Assembly (NCBI RefSeq): GCF_011386835.1 | Contig: NC_088791.1 | Coordinates: forward strand, 6,448,001-6,512,000 | Direction of reading: 5' to 3' | Length of the DNA: 64,000 bases | Origin: Chrysemys picta bellii | Taxonomy: Eukaryota | Shown here: positions 1 through 11,551 of the stretch, in pieces | Layout of the letters: each line of letters starts with the position of its first letter | How positions within the stretch are numbered: position 1 is the first letter of the stretch | Position numbers and translations under genes: made by a program | Notes under the pieces: generated by a model | The model's database searches: none | What the model was told of the DNA's origin: nothing | What the model saw: the letters and a program-made list of their open reading frames with translations, nothing else

Positions 1-579
1 CCAATGTTATATACGCCATCATGTGCCAACAATGCCCCTCTGCTATGTACATCGGCCAAACTGGACAGTCCCTACGTAAAAGGATAAATGGACACAAGTC
101 AGATTGGGAATACAAAAACCTGTAGGAGAATACTTCAACCTCCCTGGCCACACCATAGCAGATGTAAAGGTAGCCATCCTGCAGCAAAAAAACTTCAGGA
201 CCAGACTCCAAAGAGAAACTGCTGAGCTCCAGTTCATTTGCAAATTTGATACCATCAGCTCAGGATTAAACAGACTGCGAATGGCTAGCCAACTACAGAA
301 GCAGTTTCTCCTCCCTTGGTGTTCACCTCAAGGGAGGAGAACACCAAGGGAGGAGAAGAGGGCCTCATCCTCCCTGATTGAACTAACCTCGTTATCTCCA
401 GACTGATTCTTGCCTGCATATTTATACCTGCCTCTGGAAATTTCCATTACATGTGTCTGACGAAGTGGGTATTCCCCCACGAAAGCTTATGCTCCAATAC
501 ATCTGTTAGTCTTTAAGGTGCCACAGGACTCTCTGTTGCTTTTTACAGATCCAGACTAACACGGCTACCCCTCTGATAC
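1..579 (+). mobile_element. Penelope-like retroelement 3' end: GIY-YIG endonuclease remnant plus terminal repeat (cut by the window edge)
   Basis: Bases 3-100 read NVIYAIMCQQCPSAMYIGQTGQSLRKRINGHK (VIY...YIG QT..LR.R..GH). After a frameshift the sequence reads QKPVGEYFNLPGHTIADVKVAILQQKNF...RETAELQFICKFDT. The terminal region recurs at 5399-5613 (-), 9957-10036 and 59416-59543. Confidence 0.88.
453..492 (+). ncRNA. Minimal type-I hammerhead ribozyme motif in the Penelope-like terminus (copy 1)
   Basis: gtgt-CTGACGA-a-gtggg(tattcc)cccac-GAAA-gc-TT-atgc: intact core, 5-bp helix II, 1-bp helix III within palindromic AAGCTT, 4-bp helix I with two G-U pairs. Confidence 0.72.
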
Positions 580-589
580 CTTCAGCACT

Positions 590-945
590 TAGGAAACTCC
601 AGCTAGTATAAAACACGGCCATGAGTCTCCTTGGTAACAAAGGCGACTGCAAACACATCTCACCTGTCCTCCTCTTGGCACTGGCTTCCCATAGAATTTT
701 CAAATCAAGTTCAAGGTCTCAGTCCTTCTCTTCCAAGCACTCCATGGCCTGGGCTCAGGGTATCTAACTAAAGGACCGTTTAAAGCTCTGGGTTGAAGAC
801 CATGGTTGGAAAGCTTCACACCCGTGGCCCAATGGAACTCTCAACAATAAGAGCAAAGCTAGTCTGTGTGGGAGACAGAACCTTCTCTGGGGAGGGGGAA
901 GGGGCCAAGACTGCAGAATGAACTCCCCCAGGGACTCAGGACTGT
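590..945 (+). mobile_element. L2-clade LINE 3' fragment
   Basis: Degenerate HISPVL..HWLPIEFQIKFKVSVLLFQALHGLG.GYL, a typical L2 ORF2 C-terminus. Clearly the same family as the minus-strand copy at ~37000-37330. Confidence 0.75.
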
Positions 946-1119
946 AACTGGGTTGCTGGGTGGCATCATCTTGTGGCTCTTCAGAACACAACTCGCCCAG
1001 CTGCAGGTCTCTGTCCCAGTAAGGTGCTTCTGGCCAGAGCAACCTTCAGTCCTACCCCTTTCAGGGCAGCTCAGGTTCAACGTTCATCAGGAACAAAAAT
1101 AAATGGATCTCAAAATGGG

Positions 1120-2220
1120 GATCGTCCCACAAACCTTCAGTAAAGCTGCGACACGGGCAGACCAGGTGCCAGCTCATGCCAAAAGCCAGGGCCTCGCTGA
1201 ACTCTGACAAATGCATAGCTGGAAATGAGCCAGCTGTAGGTTAGTATAGTTAAAACAGATATTTGTGTTATAAGAATGTTTTTAGTGTTTAGACTTTATG
1301 AATTGCTCGTAGGACGCTACGTGTATTTAACCTACTTATAACCTCTGTATTCCGTGTTCTGTGGAGTGTTTGCATTGTAAACCTCTGACTGCGTCACTCA
1401 CCAACCAGCAAAAGAAGCATTAAATAAGGTAAAGTGCTCGTCCTGCCCACTATATGGTCCATTGAAGGCAGATGAGGCGTTGTGTAGCATCAAAGGACAG
1501 AGACCCTGTTGAGTGCATTCGTCACTTCCTCCGGGAAGGGGAGACCTGTGCATGAACTCATCCCATCACCTTGGATGCTGGGGTGAAGGGGATAAAATCC
1601 CTGGTGACGAGAAACTGGGTTCTTTCTACTGTCTGGACTCGGAGGGGCAAGGATTCCTAAACATAAGCAAGAGATCCCCATGCTGCTTGGCCTGGGTCAG
1701 CCCTAAAGGGTATATAGAGCTGCTTATTAGAGACACTTCTATTACCTTTTTAACTCTAAGACTGTAACTCATTTGTGTGTGTGTTTCCTGTTTTAGCAAA
1801 GAAATCATATATTCACTTGTAAATCACTTTAATTTCTTTCCCCCCCTTAATAAGCCGTTAGTTAGTTTGTTACAGGATTGGCTACAAGCGTTGTCTTCGG
1901 TGTGAGATCTGAGTACAGCTGACCTGGGGTAAGTGACTGGTCCTTTGGGACTGAGAGTAACCTGAATATTGCTGTGATTGTGGGTGTAAGGGACCGTCTG
2001 TCACTAAGACCAACTAGCCGGGTTGGCAAGACAGACTGGAGTGCCCAAAGGGACTGTCTGTGACTCCATGGTAAGACTGTTCTAGTGCTTTAGGAGTTGA
2101 CACTTGGTACTGGGTTGGTGAAATCTCATTACAGAACATACCACCCGTTTGGGGTGTCTGCCCTGCTTTTTGATAGTCTGCCCTGAGATTGGCACTCATG
2201 GTCGTGAGCCACTCCAAACA
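1120..2220 (+). mobile_element. Probable solo LTR of an LTR retrotransposon/ERV
   Basis: ~1.1 kb non-coding block with TATA-like gggtatatagag and polyA-like signals, resembling recalled turtle LTR repeats; termini and TSD not pinned down. Confidence 0.45.
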
Positions 2221-4012
2221 GCTGGAAGGGCATATCGAGCGGGGTCCTGCGGGGATCTGTCCTGAGTCTGGTTCTATTCAATATCTTCATAAATGATTTG
2301 GATCATGGTGTAGGTAGTACATTTATCAAGTTTGCAGATGATACCAAGCTGGGAGAGGTTGCAAGTGTTTTGGAGCCAGGATTAGAATTCAAAATGATCT
2401 TGGCAAACTGGAGAAGTGGTCTGAAATAAATAGGATGAAATTGAATAAGGACAAGTGTAAAGTACTCCACTTTGGAAGGTATAAGCAATTGCACAAATAC
2501 AAAATGGGAAATGACTGCCTAGGAAGGAGTCTGCAGAAAAGCTTCTAGGGGTTACAGTGGATCACAAATTAAATATGAGTCAACAAGGTAATAAACACTG
2601 TTCCAAAAAAATAAGCAAACATCATTCTGGGCTGTATTAGCAGGAGTGTTGTAAGTAAGACGCAAGAAGTAATTCTTCTGCTCTACTCAGTACTGATGAA
2701 TGGACTATAAGGTGGATAGAAAGCTGGCTAGATCGTCGGGCTCAACGGGTAGCAATCAATGGCTCCATGTCTAGTTGGCAGCCGGTTTCAAGCGGAGTGT
2801 CCCAAGGGTCGGTCCTGGGGCCGGTTTTGTTCAATATCTTTATTAATGATCTGGAGGATGGCGTGGACTGCACCCTCAGCAAGTTGCAGATGACACTAAA
2901 CTGGGAGGAGTGGTAGATACGCTGGAGGGTAGGGACAGGATACAGAGGGACCTAGACAAATTAGAGGATTGGGCCAAAAGAAATCTGAGGTTCAACAAGG
3001 ACAAGTGCAGAGTCCTGCACTTAGGATGGAAGAATCCCATGCACTGCTACAGACTAGGGACCGAACGGCTAGGCAGCCGTTCTGCAGAAAAGGACCTAGG
3101 GGTTACAGTGGACGAGAAGCTGGATATGAGTCAACAGTGTGCTCTTGTTGCCAAGAAGGCTAACAGCATTTGAGGCTGTATACGTAGGGGCATTGCCAGC
3201 AGATCGAGGGACATGATCACTCCCCTCTATTAGACATTGGTGAGGCCTCATCTGGAGTACTGTGTCCAGTTTTGGGCCCCACACTACAAGAAGGATTTGG
3301 AAAAATTGGAAAGAGTCCAGCAGAGGGCAACAAAAATGATTAGGGGTCTGGAGCACATGACTTACGAGGAGAGGCTGAGGGAACTGGGATTGTTTAGTCT
3401 GCAGAAGAGAAGAGGTGAGGGGGGATTTGAAAGCTGCTTTCAACTACCTGAAAGGGGGTTCCAAAGAGGATGGATCTAGACTGTTCTCAGTGGTGGCAGA
3501 TGACAGAACAAGGAGCAATGGTCTCAAGTTGCGGTGGGGGAGGTTTAGGTTGGATATTAGGAAAAAAATTTTCACTAGGAGGGTGGTGAAGCACTGGAAT
3601 GGGTTACCTAGGGAGGTGGTGGAATCTCCTTCCTTAGAGGTTTTTAAGGTCAGGCTTAACGAAGCCCTGGCTGGGATGATTTAGTTGGGGATGGGTCCTG
3701 CTTTGAGCAGGGGGTTGGACAGGATGACCTCCTGAGGTCCCTTCCAACCCTAATATTCTATGATAAGGCCTCAACTGGAGTATTGTGTGCAGGTCTGGGC
3801 ATCACACTTTGGGAAAGATGTGGGTAAATTGGAGAAAGTCCAGAGGAGAGCAATGGAAATGATTAAAGGTCTAGAAAATGTGAGCTACAAGAAAAGATTT
3901 AAAAAATGGGTTTGCTTAGTCTGGAGAAGAGAAGACTGAGGGGGGAACCTGAAAACAGTCTTCAAGTACGTACAACGTTGTTATAAAGAGGAAGATGATA
4001 CATTGTTATTCA
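2221..4012 (+). mobile_element. Older CR1 ORF2 fragment (2221-2697 and 3765-~4012) split by a younger CR1
   Basis: RT motif region ([24 protein letters not shown]). The two halves rejoin as ...tactgat|aaggcctcaactggagtattgtg... (L(I)RPQLEYC). Confidence 0.85.
2698..3764 (+). mobile_element. Young 5'-truncated CR1 LINE (turtle PsCR1-like)
   Basis: [21 protein letters not shown]...[12 protein letters not shown]...[19 protein letters not shown]...RFRLDIRK; 3' UTR ends with the CR1 tail ATTCTATGAT. Confidence 0.93.
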
Positions 4013-4185
4013 CATCTCATGTGAACTAGTCAAACCTCCTTAGTTTGCAAATACCGGGCCTGATCCTCGGAGGTACTGAGCACCCTCCATCCCCACTCAC
4101 TGCAAATCCGATGTGCTCTGTTCGCCGCGTGAAAGGTGTATTGTTCTAACCACTAATCCTGCCCAGTTGCCCTGGGATCTGAAAC

Positions 4186-4679
4186 TGTGAGGGATCAGGC
4201 CCAGCTGCAACAGTCGCTCTCCTGGCAACCCAACACCCAGCTGGACTACAGCAGGCTCCCTGACTGACTGCACCACCTGACTATTAGGGAGGGCGGCTGG
4301 CTGGCTTTTAGCTCAGCAGCAGCTCTCCCTGGCTGCTCAACGGGTTCACCCCCACAGCTGCGATCCTCCCTGCGCCTGCTGCTCCTCACCTGGCTCCAGC
4401 CCTGCTCCTAGTCCGGTCCCCGCCTTCCTCCTCCTGGGTCTTTGCTACCTCAACGTGCTCCTCGCTCTGGCTTCCTCTCCCTGACTCTGGTTCTTGACTC
4501 CAGGCCTGACCTTCGGTGTGCCTACTGGTTTCTAATCATTGGCTACTGATTCCTGGGTCCAGCTCTGACTCCTGGTTGTGGCTGCTGCTTCTTGACTTCG
4601 GGCCTGGCCCTGAGATTGGATCCCCTGCCCAGCTCCTGCTCTGACCATTAGGCCTGATTACCCACGGTCCAGTCTCACA
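4186..4679 (+). mobile_element. Probable ~0.5 kb solo LTR
   Basis: TG...CA ends with a 6-bp terminal inverted repeat tgtgag/ctcaca and C/T-rich internal short repeats; TSD not convincing. Confidence 0.5.
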
Positions 4680-5011
4680 CAAGCTGGGTTCATCCTGGTG
4701 CCTGCAGCTTCACCAAGAACAGAGAACCTGCTGGTGATATTCTCTCCTTGGTTATTATACCTATGCCAACGTAGGGACACATTTTCAAAAGGGACCCTAC
4801 CTGCCCTCCAGTTGTGTACTTGCAACTCTGAGCACACACAAACGTGCACGCGAACTTTGGAGCACTATTTCTATTCTAGTCTATATAGGTTTTTATACCG
4901 CACTCCTCACCAAAGTACCTGAGTGCCTACCAGTTGTGTATTAAGGACCATGACTACACCACTGTCATATGCTGTTTGTTCTCTCATCCTCCCCCGCCAG
5001 AGGGAGGATCA

Positions 5012-5295
5012 CAGAATGTAGAACTGGAAGGGACCTCGAGAGGTCATCTAGTCCAGTCCCCTGCACTCAGGGCAGGACTAAGTATTATCTAGACCAGTCT
5101 AGATTTCTATCTAGTATTGTCCAACCTGTATTTAAAAATCCCCAGTGATGGAGATTCCACAGCCTCCCTACATAATTTATTTGTGTTTAACCACCCTGAC
5201 AGTGAGGAAGTTTTTCTTAATGTCTAACCGAAGTCTCCCTTGCTGCAATTTCAGCCCATTACTTCTTGTCCTGTCCTCAGTGGCTAAGGAGAACT
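5012..5295 (-). mobile_element. CR1 3' end
   Basis: acagaatgtagaactggaagggacctcgagaggtcatctagtcc... is the reverse complement of a CR1 3' UTR and the RLDIRKNFL region. Confidence 0.85.
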
Positions 5296-5322
5296 GCCCA
5301 TACTTTGGGGTGCTGCATCTGA

Positions 5323-5765
5323 GGCTATGTCTACACTACAGAGTCTATACCAGAAAAGCTATGTCACCGTCGCTATGCCAGCATAACTCCCTAGTGTAAA
5401 AAGCAACAGAGGGTCCTGTGGCACCTTTGAGACTAACAGAAGTATTGGGAGCATAAGCTTTCGTGGGTCAGAACCTCACTTCTTCAGATGCAAGTAATGG
5501 AAATCTCCAGAGGCAGGTATATATCAGTGTGGAGATAACGAGGTTAGTTCAATCAGGGAGGGTGAGGTGCTCTGCTAGCAGTTGAGGTGTGAACACCAAG
5601 GGAGGAGAAACTGTAGTAGACGCAGTGTAGTGTAGACGCAGCTTATGCCCATGAAAGCATCGTTCCATCAACATAGGTGCATCCACACTGGAGGATAGGT
5701 TAGCATAGCTATGGATTTTTCACAGCCCTGGCCAATGTAGCTATGTCAAGCTAATTTTTAAGGCT
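5323..5765. mobile_element. Harbinger-type MITE interrupted by a Penelope-like fragment
   Basis: Starts TGA|GGCTATGTCTACACT (PIF/Harbinger TIR). The sequence resumes after the insert with agtgtagacgcagc; the right TIR is degraded. Confidence 0.65.
5399..5613 (-). mobile_element. Penelope-like terminal fragment containing hammerhead motif copy 2 (5451-5491)
   Basis: The reverse complement aligns with 300-545 and contains gcat-CTGAAGA-a-gtgag(gttctga)cccac-GAAA-gc-TT-atgc. Confidence 0.85.
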
Positions 5766-5952
5766 CCTGGGTGGATTTCCTATGCCTATTCACAGTCCAA
5801 GCCTGCGGTCTCCTGGAATTGAGCTATTTCATGCCCTCCCCCTTGAGTAATAATCTCCTGTACGTAACATCTTACTCCCAGAACTAAGGGTCTATAATTT
5901 TCCACGGCCCATTTTCTTATTTCCCCTTTTATTTGGCTTCCTTTCCACTACA

Positions 5953-6285
5953 TTCCATAGATTCATAGATTCCAAGCCCAGAAGGGACCGTTGTGATCAT
6001 CTGATCTGACTTCCTGTGTAACACAGACCAGAGAACTTCCCCAAAATAATCCCTAGAGCAGAGCTTTTAGAAAAACACCCCGTCTTGATTGAAAAATGGT
6101 CCGTGATGAAGAATCCACCATGACTCTAAACTGTTCCAATGGTCAGTTACCCTCCCTGTCAAAAATGTGCACCTTATTTCCAGTCTGAATTTGTCTCGCT
6201 TCATCATCCCACCACTGGTTCGTGTTAGACCTTTCTCTGCCAGACTGAAGAGCCCATTATTAAATATTTGTTCCCCATTTTAGAT
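5953..6285 (-). mobile_element. CR1 3' end
   Basis: catagattcatagattccaagcccagaagggacc... is a reverse-complement CR1 tail and 3' UTR. Confidence 0.8.
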
Positions 6286-6530
6286 TCCGATTGATTCGGT
6301 TCTCTCACTGGCATTCCTTGGCCAGAGCAGTGGCTCGTGAGTTTTGTGCCCATTGCCAGTTTCAATGACTCCAGAATTATGCTGCCTTTTGGTTCGGCTA
6401 GTTGTTCTGAAACCTGAACTGCAACCTTGGAGCGAACTGTAGGATGAGAGTGATAATCAGGCCCAACCGTAGCTTACTTTTCTTTGGCACCTAGTGCTAT
6501 GGTGATGGGAGTCAAATAAGTAGGCAGACC

Positions 6531-6798
6531 AGCCATGTCTCACTAGAAAAGGGTTCTCAGTAGAGCTACACTGGCAAACCCTCCTAGTGTAGATGCAGCT
6601 TATCCTGGCAAAAGAACTTTTGCCAGGGTAGCTTGTATTGGTTCCCTGAGCAAAATAAGCTATAGTGCGAAGAGTACGTTTATTGCAGGTACAACTGTGT
6701 CAGCACTAGGGCTGTTGCCAGTATAGAAATGTTTTAAAAAAATCACACCACTAACTAACATTATTGCACTGGCAAAAGATTCTAGTGCAGACCTGACC
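6531..6798. mobile_element. Harbinger-type MITE
   Basis: agccatgtct-cactag ... ctagtgcagacctgacc termini; interior similar to 11120-11370 and 58591-58840. Confidence 0.65.
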
Positions 6799-8199
6799 AT
6801 AGTATCTTTCCTACCAGAGTCCTAAAGTATTTTACAGAAACCACTGAAATGCAGTTACTTGTCGTCATTGAAGAACCAAATACTTTGCACTCGTAGGGAA
6901 CCTTCTCCCTTACAATCCGATCCTTTGGTTTCATTCTGGTTGCAAATGTCCAGTGGATAATCCCCTAGCAGAAGGGAACTCTCTAGTCATGCTGCCTTTG
7001 CTAGCTGCCTTCCTACCCCAGCTCTGCTCCACTAGTGTAAGGTCTTTTAGGGACCCGTGACATAAGTTAGAGAAGCCCCTAGGCTGCTCTAACTTGTGTT
7101 AACTGTTTTTTCTGATGTGCCCCTCCTGCCACTCTGTTATGCCGAGCAGAGCTCAGCTGCAGGGGATAATCATTCTCCCATGATGATCTGAGATGCCTTG
7201 TAAACATTAGCTAAGGCAGCCTCCTTACATCTCTCTCTCTCTCATTTTTTCCCCCCTCCATTTAAAAGATGAGATACTGAGTTAGAGCAAGATTACAGTG
7301 CTGTTGTGGTCAAAAAAGTGTGCAAAACTACAACCTCCCTCCTGAGGGGAGCTGCCCCCATGCATACACAGATTCATGGGTATTGCCTGGAGTATCAAAA
7401 ATACCGATTTACTACTTGGCTGAGTCAGCCCAGCTCTGGGGGATGGAGTCCAGCTCCATTCCCCCCTCCCACTTGCGTAACATGCAGTATGGTTTACTAG
7501 GCTCCAATGGCAGCGTCTTTATAGCCAGCAAAACCCAGCTTGACTTCCAGATCCCAGGTTGAATTTGCAGGGCCTGCAACTAGAAAAAGAAAATGAGATT
7601 ATCTGGAGTCACTGAGCAAGGATAAACAGGGACAGAGTCCCAGGGCAGAGTGTACAAGCACTTCCAGGACATTTACTGCACTTCCGACTGTGGTCTGACC
7701 CTAAGTGATTTAGCTAAGGTTACAAAGCAAGTCTTGGGAGAAACTGGAATAGGAATAAGGAGTCCTAGCTACCCAGCTTGTCCTCTAACCAATACACACA
7801 GCACGTCCTCCCTTCGCTAATGTAAGTGGGAGCATTCAGTTTCCTCTGGCCTATGCTGCTATTAAACAAACCACAACCTAGGAAACCGCTGACTGTATCT
7901 GTGAACGCATGAAGCCACTCTCAGCATCATTACAGTAGGCTCCCACCCTTTCACTGGGAGGGTTACCAGGGGTTCGCAGTGACACCTTTGAATAAAATGG
8001 GGGTCATTTCTAGCGATGCTCAGGCTTGTTCAGCTAAAATAACATTCTCCTCCCCCTTCTCAAACATGGTCTTCACTTTCACGCTGAATCTTTTCTTGTA
8101 TTAATTGATTTGTAGTCTGAAGATATTTGGTTAAAGGTGACTTGCAAGACGGAAATGAGCAGTGGAAATGAATTTGTGCCCTATTGTTTGCTTCCTTAT

Positions 8200-8487
8200 G
8201 ATCATAGAATATCAGGGTTGGAAGGGACCTCAGGAGGTCATCTAATCCAGTCCCTGGATAAATTCATGGTGGTTAAGTCCATTATTGGCTATTAGCCAGG
8301 ATGGGTAAGGAATGGTGTCCCTAGCCTCTGTTTGTCAGAGGGTGGAGATGGACGGCAGGAGAGAGATCACTTGATCATTGCCTGTTAGGTCCACTCCCTC
8401 TGGGGCACCTGACATTGGCCACTGTCGGTAGACAGGATACTGGGCTGGATGGACCTTTGGTCTGACCCGGTATGGCCGTTCTTATGC
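8200..8487. mobile_element. Two abutting CR1 3' ends in opposite orientation (- 8200-8253; + 8254-8487)
   Basis: atcatagaatatcagggttggaagggacc (reverse tail), followed by a + strand 3' UTR ending ggccgttcttatg. Confidence 0.8.
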
Positions 8488-9379
8488 ATGTATCATGAAG
8501 GCCTAGAAAGCAGTTTTGGTTTGGATTTACCTTTTGAAATATCAAGGAGTGTTACATTTTGTTGGTTCTGGCTTTGGTGAAGGACTCATTGGAGGTTTCA
8601 GAGATGTGAACTGTCAGATTACTAAGCATGTCCCTGGGGTTGCTGCATTTTAACAAAGTGTTTTTTTGTTGTTTTTTGTTTGTTTGTTTTTTATCCTAAG
8701 CATTTGAGTTAATTAAGTGTCAACTAAAACAAGAGCTGTAAACAGCCTGAATTGAAAATCACTTCTGCTCAGTTAATCAGGTTTCACCGACACAGTTTCT
8801 TGCATGTCAACTCCAGTTAAGTTTTCCAGTTGCAGACAGTCTTCCTGGAAAAGAAAGGGAGGAGACCAAAGTTGCTAATGTAAACAACACCCTCTTATGT
8901 ATTTGTTGTTTTCCCTTTCCGTTAAAACCAATTCCCTGGCCTCCTTTTTACATCCTAAAGAAGCAAACAAAGAACGTAACCCCTTTGTGATCCACTTCGT
9001 GGATCAACCACCTTTAACCGCTTCGAATTATTTTTTCATCTTTGTGTGCCTTGCTGCTGCTTCTAGGCCAGCTGAGCTAAGGGTTACAACGGCACAAAAG
9101 GCCTGCCCTATGGGGTTTCTTCTGCACATGGAACACGCAATGAAGCTGCAGGTCACACGCAGAGTGGTTGCACAGCTGGGCCCCAGGCAAATGTCCTCTT
9201 GACCTTGTGGGCCTCATCAGATCAGCAACCTCACCGAGCAACAAGACCTTCCCTTGTACTTACCAACACAATTTTGCAGATGGATGAGCTCCAAGCAAAC
9301 ATCAGAAAGTTGTGGTGCTTGTTAGACCTGGGCCCAGTTTATCATTTGAAATGTGCTCATTGCTAGTTACTCCAAGTAC

Positions 9380-9945
9380 GTAAGAATGGCCATACTGGGT
9401 CAGACCAATGGACCATCTAGCCCAGGATCCTGTCTTCTCACAGTGGCCAAGGCCAGATGCTTCAGAGGGAATGAACAGAACAGGGCAATTATTGAGTGAT
9501 CCATCCTCTGTAATCCAGTCCCAGCTTCTGGTAGTCAGAGACTTAGGGACACCCAGAGCATGGGGCTGCATCCCTGAGCATCTTGGCTAAAAGCCATTGA
9601 TGGACCTGTCCTCACTGAACCTTTCTAAATCTTTTTTGAACCCAGTTCTAGTTTTGGCCTTCACAACATCCCCTGGCAACGAGTTCCACAGGTTGACTGT
9701 GCCTGTTGTGAAGAAGTGTACTGTCTTTTGTTTGTTTTAAACCTGCTGCCTATCAACCGGTCCTTCCGTTATGTGCAGGAGTAAATAATATTTCCTTATT
9801 CATTTTTTCCATACCATTCATGATTTTATAGACCTCTGTCATATCCTCCCTCCTTAGTCATCTCTTTTCCAAGCTGAAAAGTCCCCATCTTTTTAATCTT
9901 GCCTTATAGGGTAGCTGTTCCATGCCCCCAAATCATTTTTTGTTG
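9380..9945 (-). mobile_element. CR1 3' portion
   Basis: Begins gtaagaatggccatactgggtcagacc (reverse of the TTCTTATG-type tail) and continues into reverse ORF2 C-terminal sequence. Confidence 0.88.
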
Positions 9946-9956
9946 AAATTCCCTGT

Positions 9957-10036
9957 CATGCTTCTGACGAAGTGGGTATACACCCAGGAAAGCTTATGCT
10001 CCAATACATCTGTTAGTCTTAAAGGTGCCACAGGAC
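9957..10036 (+). mobile_element. Short Penelope-like terminal fragment with hammerhead motif copy 3 (9960-9999)
   Basis: CTGACGA-a-gtggg(tataca)cccag-GAAA-gc-TT-atgc...gtgccacaggac, near-identical to 457-527; helix II closing C replaced by G. Confidence 0.8.
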
Positions 10037-10505
10037 ACCTATGCTAGACGGTTTTATGGGTAGCATTTTTGCTGGCATACGGCTGCCCATGTTTCAGTGT
10101 CACTAGAACGTATGCGCACTCGTCTGCCTTTGCCAGTGCCTCCTCACTGCAAGAGGCTATAGCAGCAAAAGACGGGCTGCACTATGGGTAAGCAGCCCCG
10201 TGTGCCGCATTCGACTGTCCAGCACCCTGCCTTGTGGGATGTTTTCACAGCGCCTTGTGGGATAACAACACTTCCCCTCGGGGAATTATGGGAACTCAAG
10301 TTCCCACAATTCCCTTTGCTTCCTCCTGTAAACTATTTCCCTGCCGTTTTTTTTTTTTTTAAATTCCCCCATTTCTCTGTTACATCCCATAACCTGCTCT
10401 TCCTCACACCGGTTTCCAAGCTCTCCCTCTGCCATCTCGCTTTCAGAAGCATGGAGGATGCTAAACCGATCAGTGGCGTTCTCATGTCTATTTTAGAGAC
10501 AAGGC
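10037..10505. mobile_element. Harbinger-derived non-autonomous element remnant
   Basis: Ends ...tagagacaaggcc|TAA (Harbinger-type TIR plus TAA); interior resembles recalled turtle Harbinger internal sequence. Confidence 0.45.
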
Positions 10506-11119
10506 CTAAAAGAAAACATTACATGGGTGAAGGGCAGGGAGAAACCTAAACTCCTTGCAGCTGGGATTGGGGGCCAGGAATGTGTCCCCTTGTGAAGAAC
10601 ACAAGGGGAAAAGAGGTGGGGAAGAGCATAGAGATAATGGGCCCAATTCTTCCCTAAAGTGGCAGCCCTGGCACCCCAATGGCATAAACAAGAGCAGAAT
10701 CTGGCACACTGTATCCAGTGCTTTCCAAAAAGTGCTTTGACTCCATCAAGTATTTGCTCCTTAGATCACCCATGCTCAAAAATGTTTGCATTTAAATGGC
10801 TTATCTAGGTATCCATACCTCATTGAAGAGAATGGCTGAGGGAGAAGTTGGATACAGCTTTGCCGCTAGCTATGTTTTGTGAGAGAGTTTTCTGCAAGGC
10901 TGGCTTTAGAGGGCAGCTAATGGAGTCATTTACAGGACAGAGAGAAACGTTCTTTTAAAGATGGAGGCTTAGAATTTGTAGGAAATTGCAAAAGGGAGCA
11001 AATGCCGCCCTTGATTGTTACTACACAAGATACCCTATAGCCATGAAGTGCCCCAAGGTCTCCTTGGTCTATGGACTTGTGGGAGTTCTCAAGCTAAACA
11101 GGTCATGGTAGATCACTAA

Positions 11120-11370
11120 GGCCTTGTCTATGCTAGAATATGTAGATATACTGGCAAACCTTCCTAGCAGAGAATCAGCTTATACATGTTCCCTGAATGA
11201 AACCAACTATACCCTCAAAGGGACTTTTTTGGTGGTATAATAGCATATATACTACGTCTTTTTCCTGGTATAGCTATGCCAGTTTGCGGGGGGTGGGGGG
11301 GGAGAGGGGGAAGTTCATGCTCCTAACCAACATTGCTATGGCAGCAAAACTTTTAAGCCTAGATCAGATC
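11120..11370. mobile_element. Harbinger-type MITE with TAA target-site duplication
   Basis: TAA|GGCCTTGTCTATGCTAG ... aagcctagatcagatc|TAA. Confidence 0.7.
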
Positions 11371-11551
11371 TAAATGAGAGATGTCCAAGAAAATTTAAAC
11401 GGGGCTGCCTTTCCAATCTGCAGATATTTACCCTCCAGGAGGTGGCTGTAATATTTTGCTGGAGAATGAGCTGCCTGATCCATAATTATTAGTGATTTTC
11501 CACCTTGAAGTGGAGTGTACATTGTATTCTTACTTTACGGAGGCACAGAGC

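Noticed and set aside
485-494. Alternative hammerhead register with helix III gc(ttat)gc and cleavage at CUC
   Set aside because: It leaves no complementary helix I strand. The GAAA-GC-UU register gives helix I pairing in copies 1, 2 and 4 and in the second family, so it is preferred.
2910-3684. RT-like ORFs as functional genes (also 19542, 37275, 47555, 50737)
   Set aside because: Frameshifted, 5'-truncated CR1/L2 relics.
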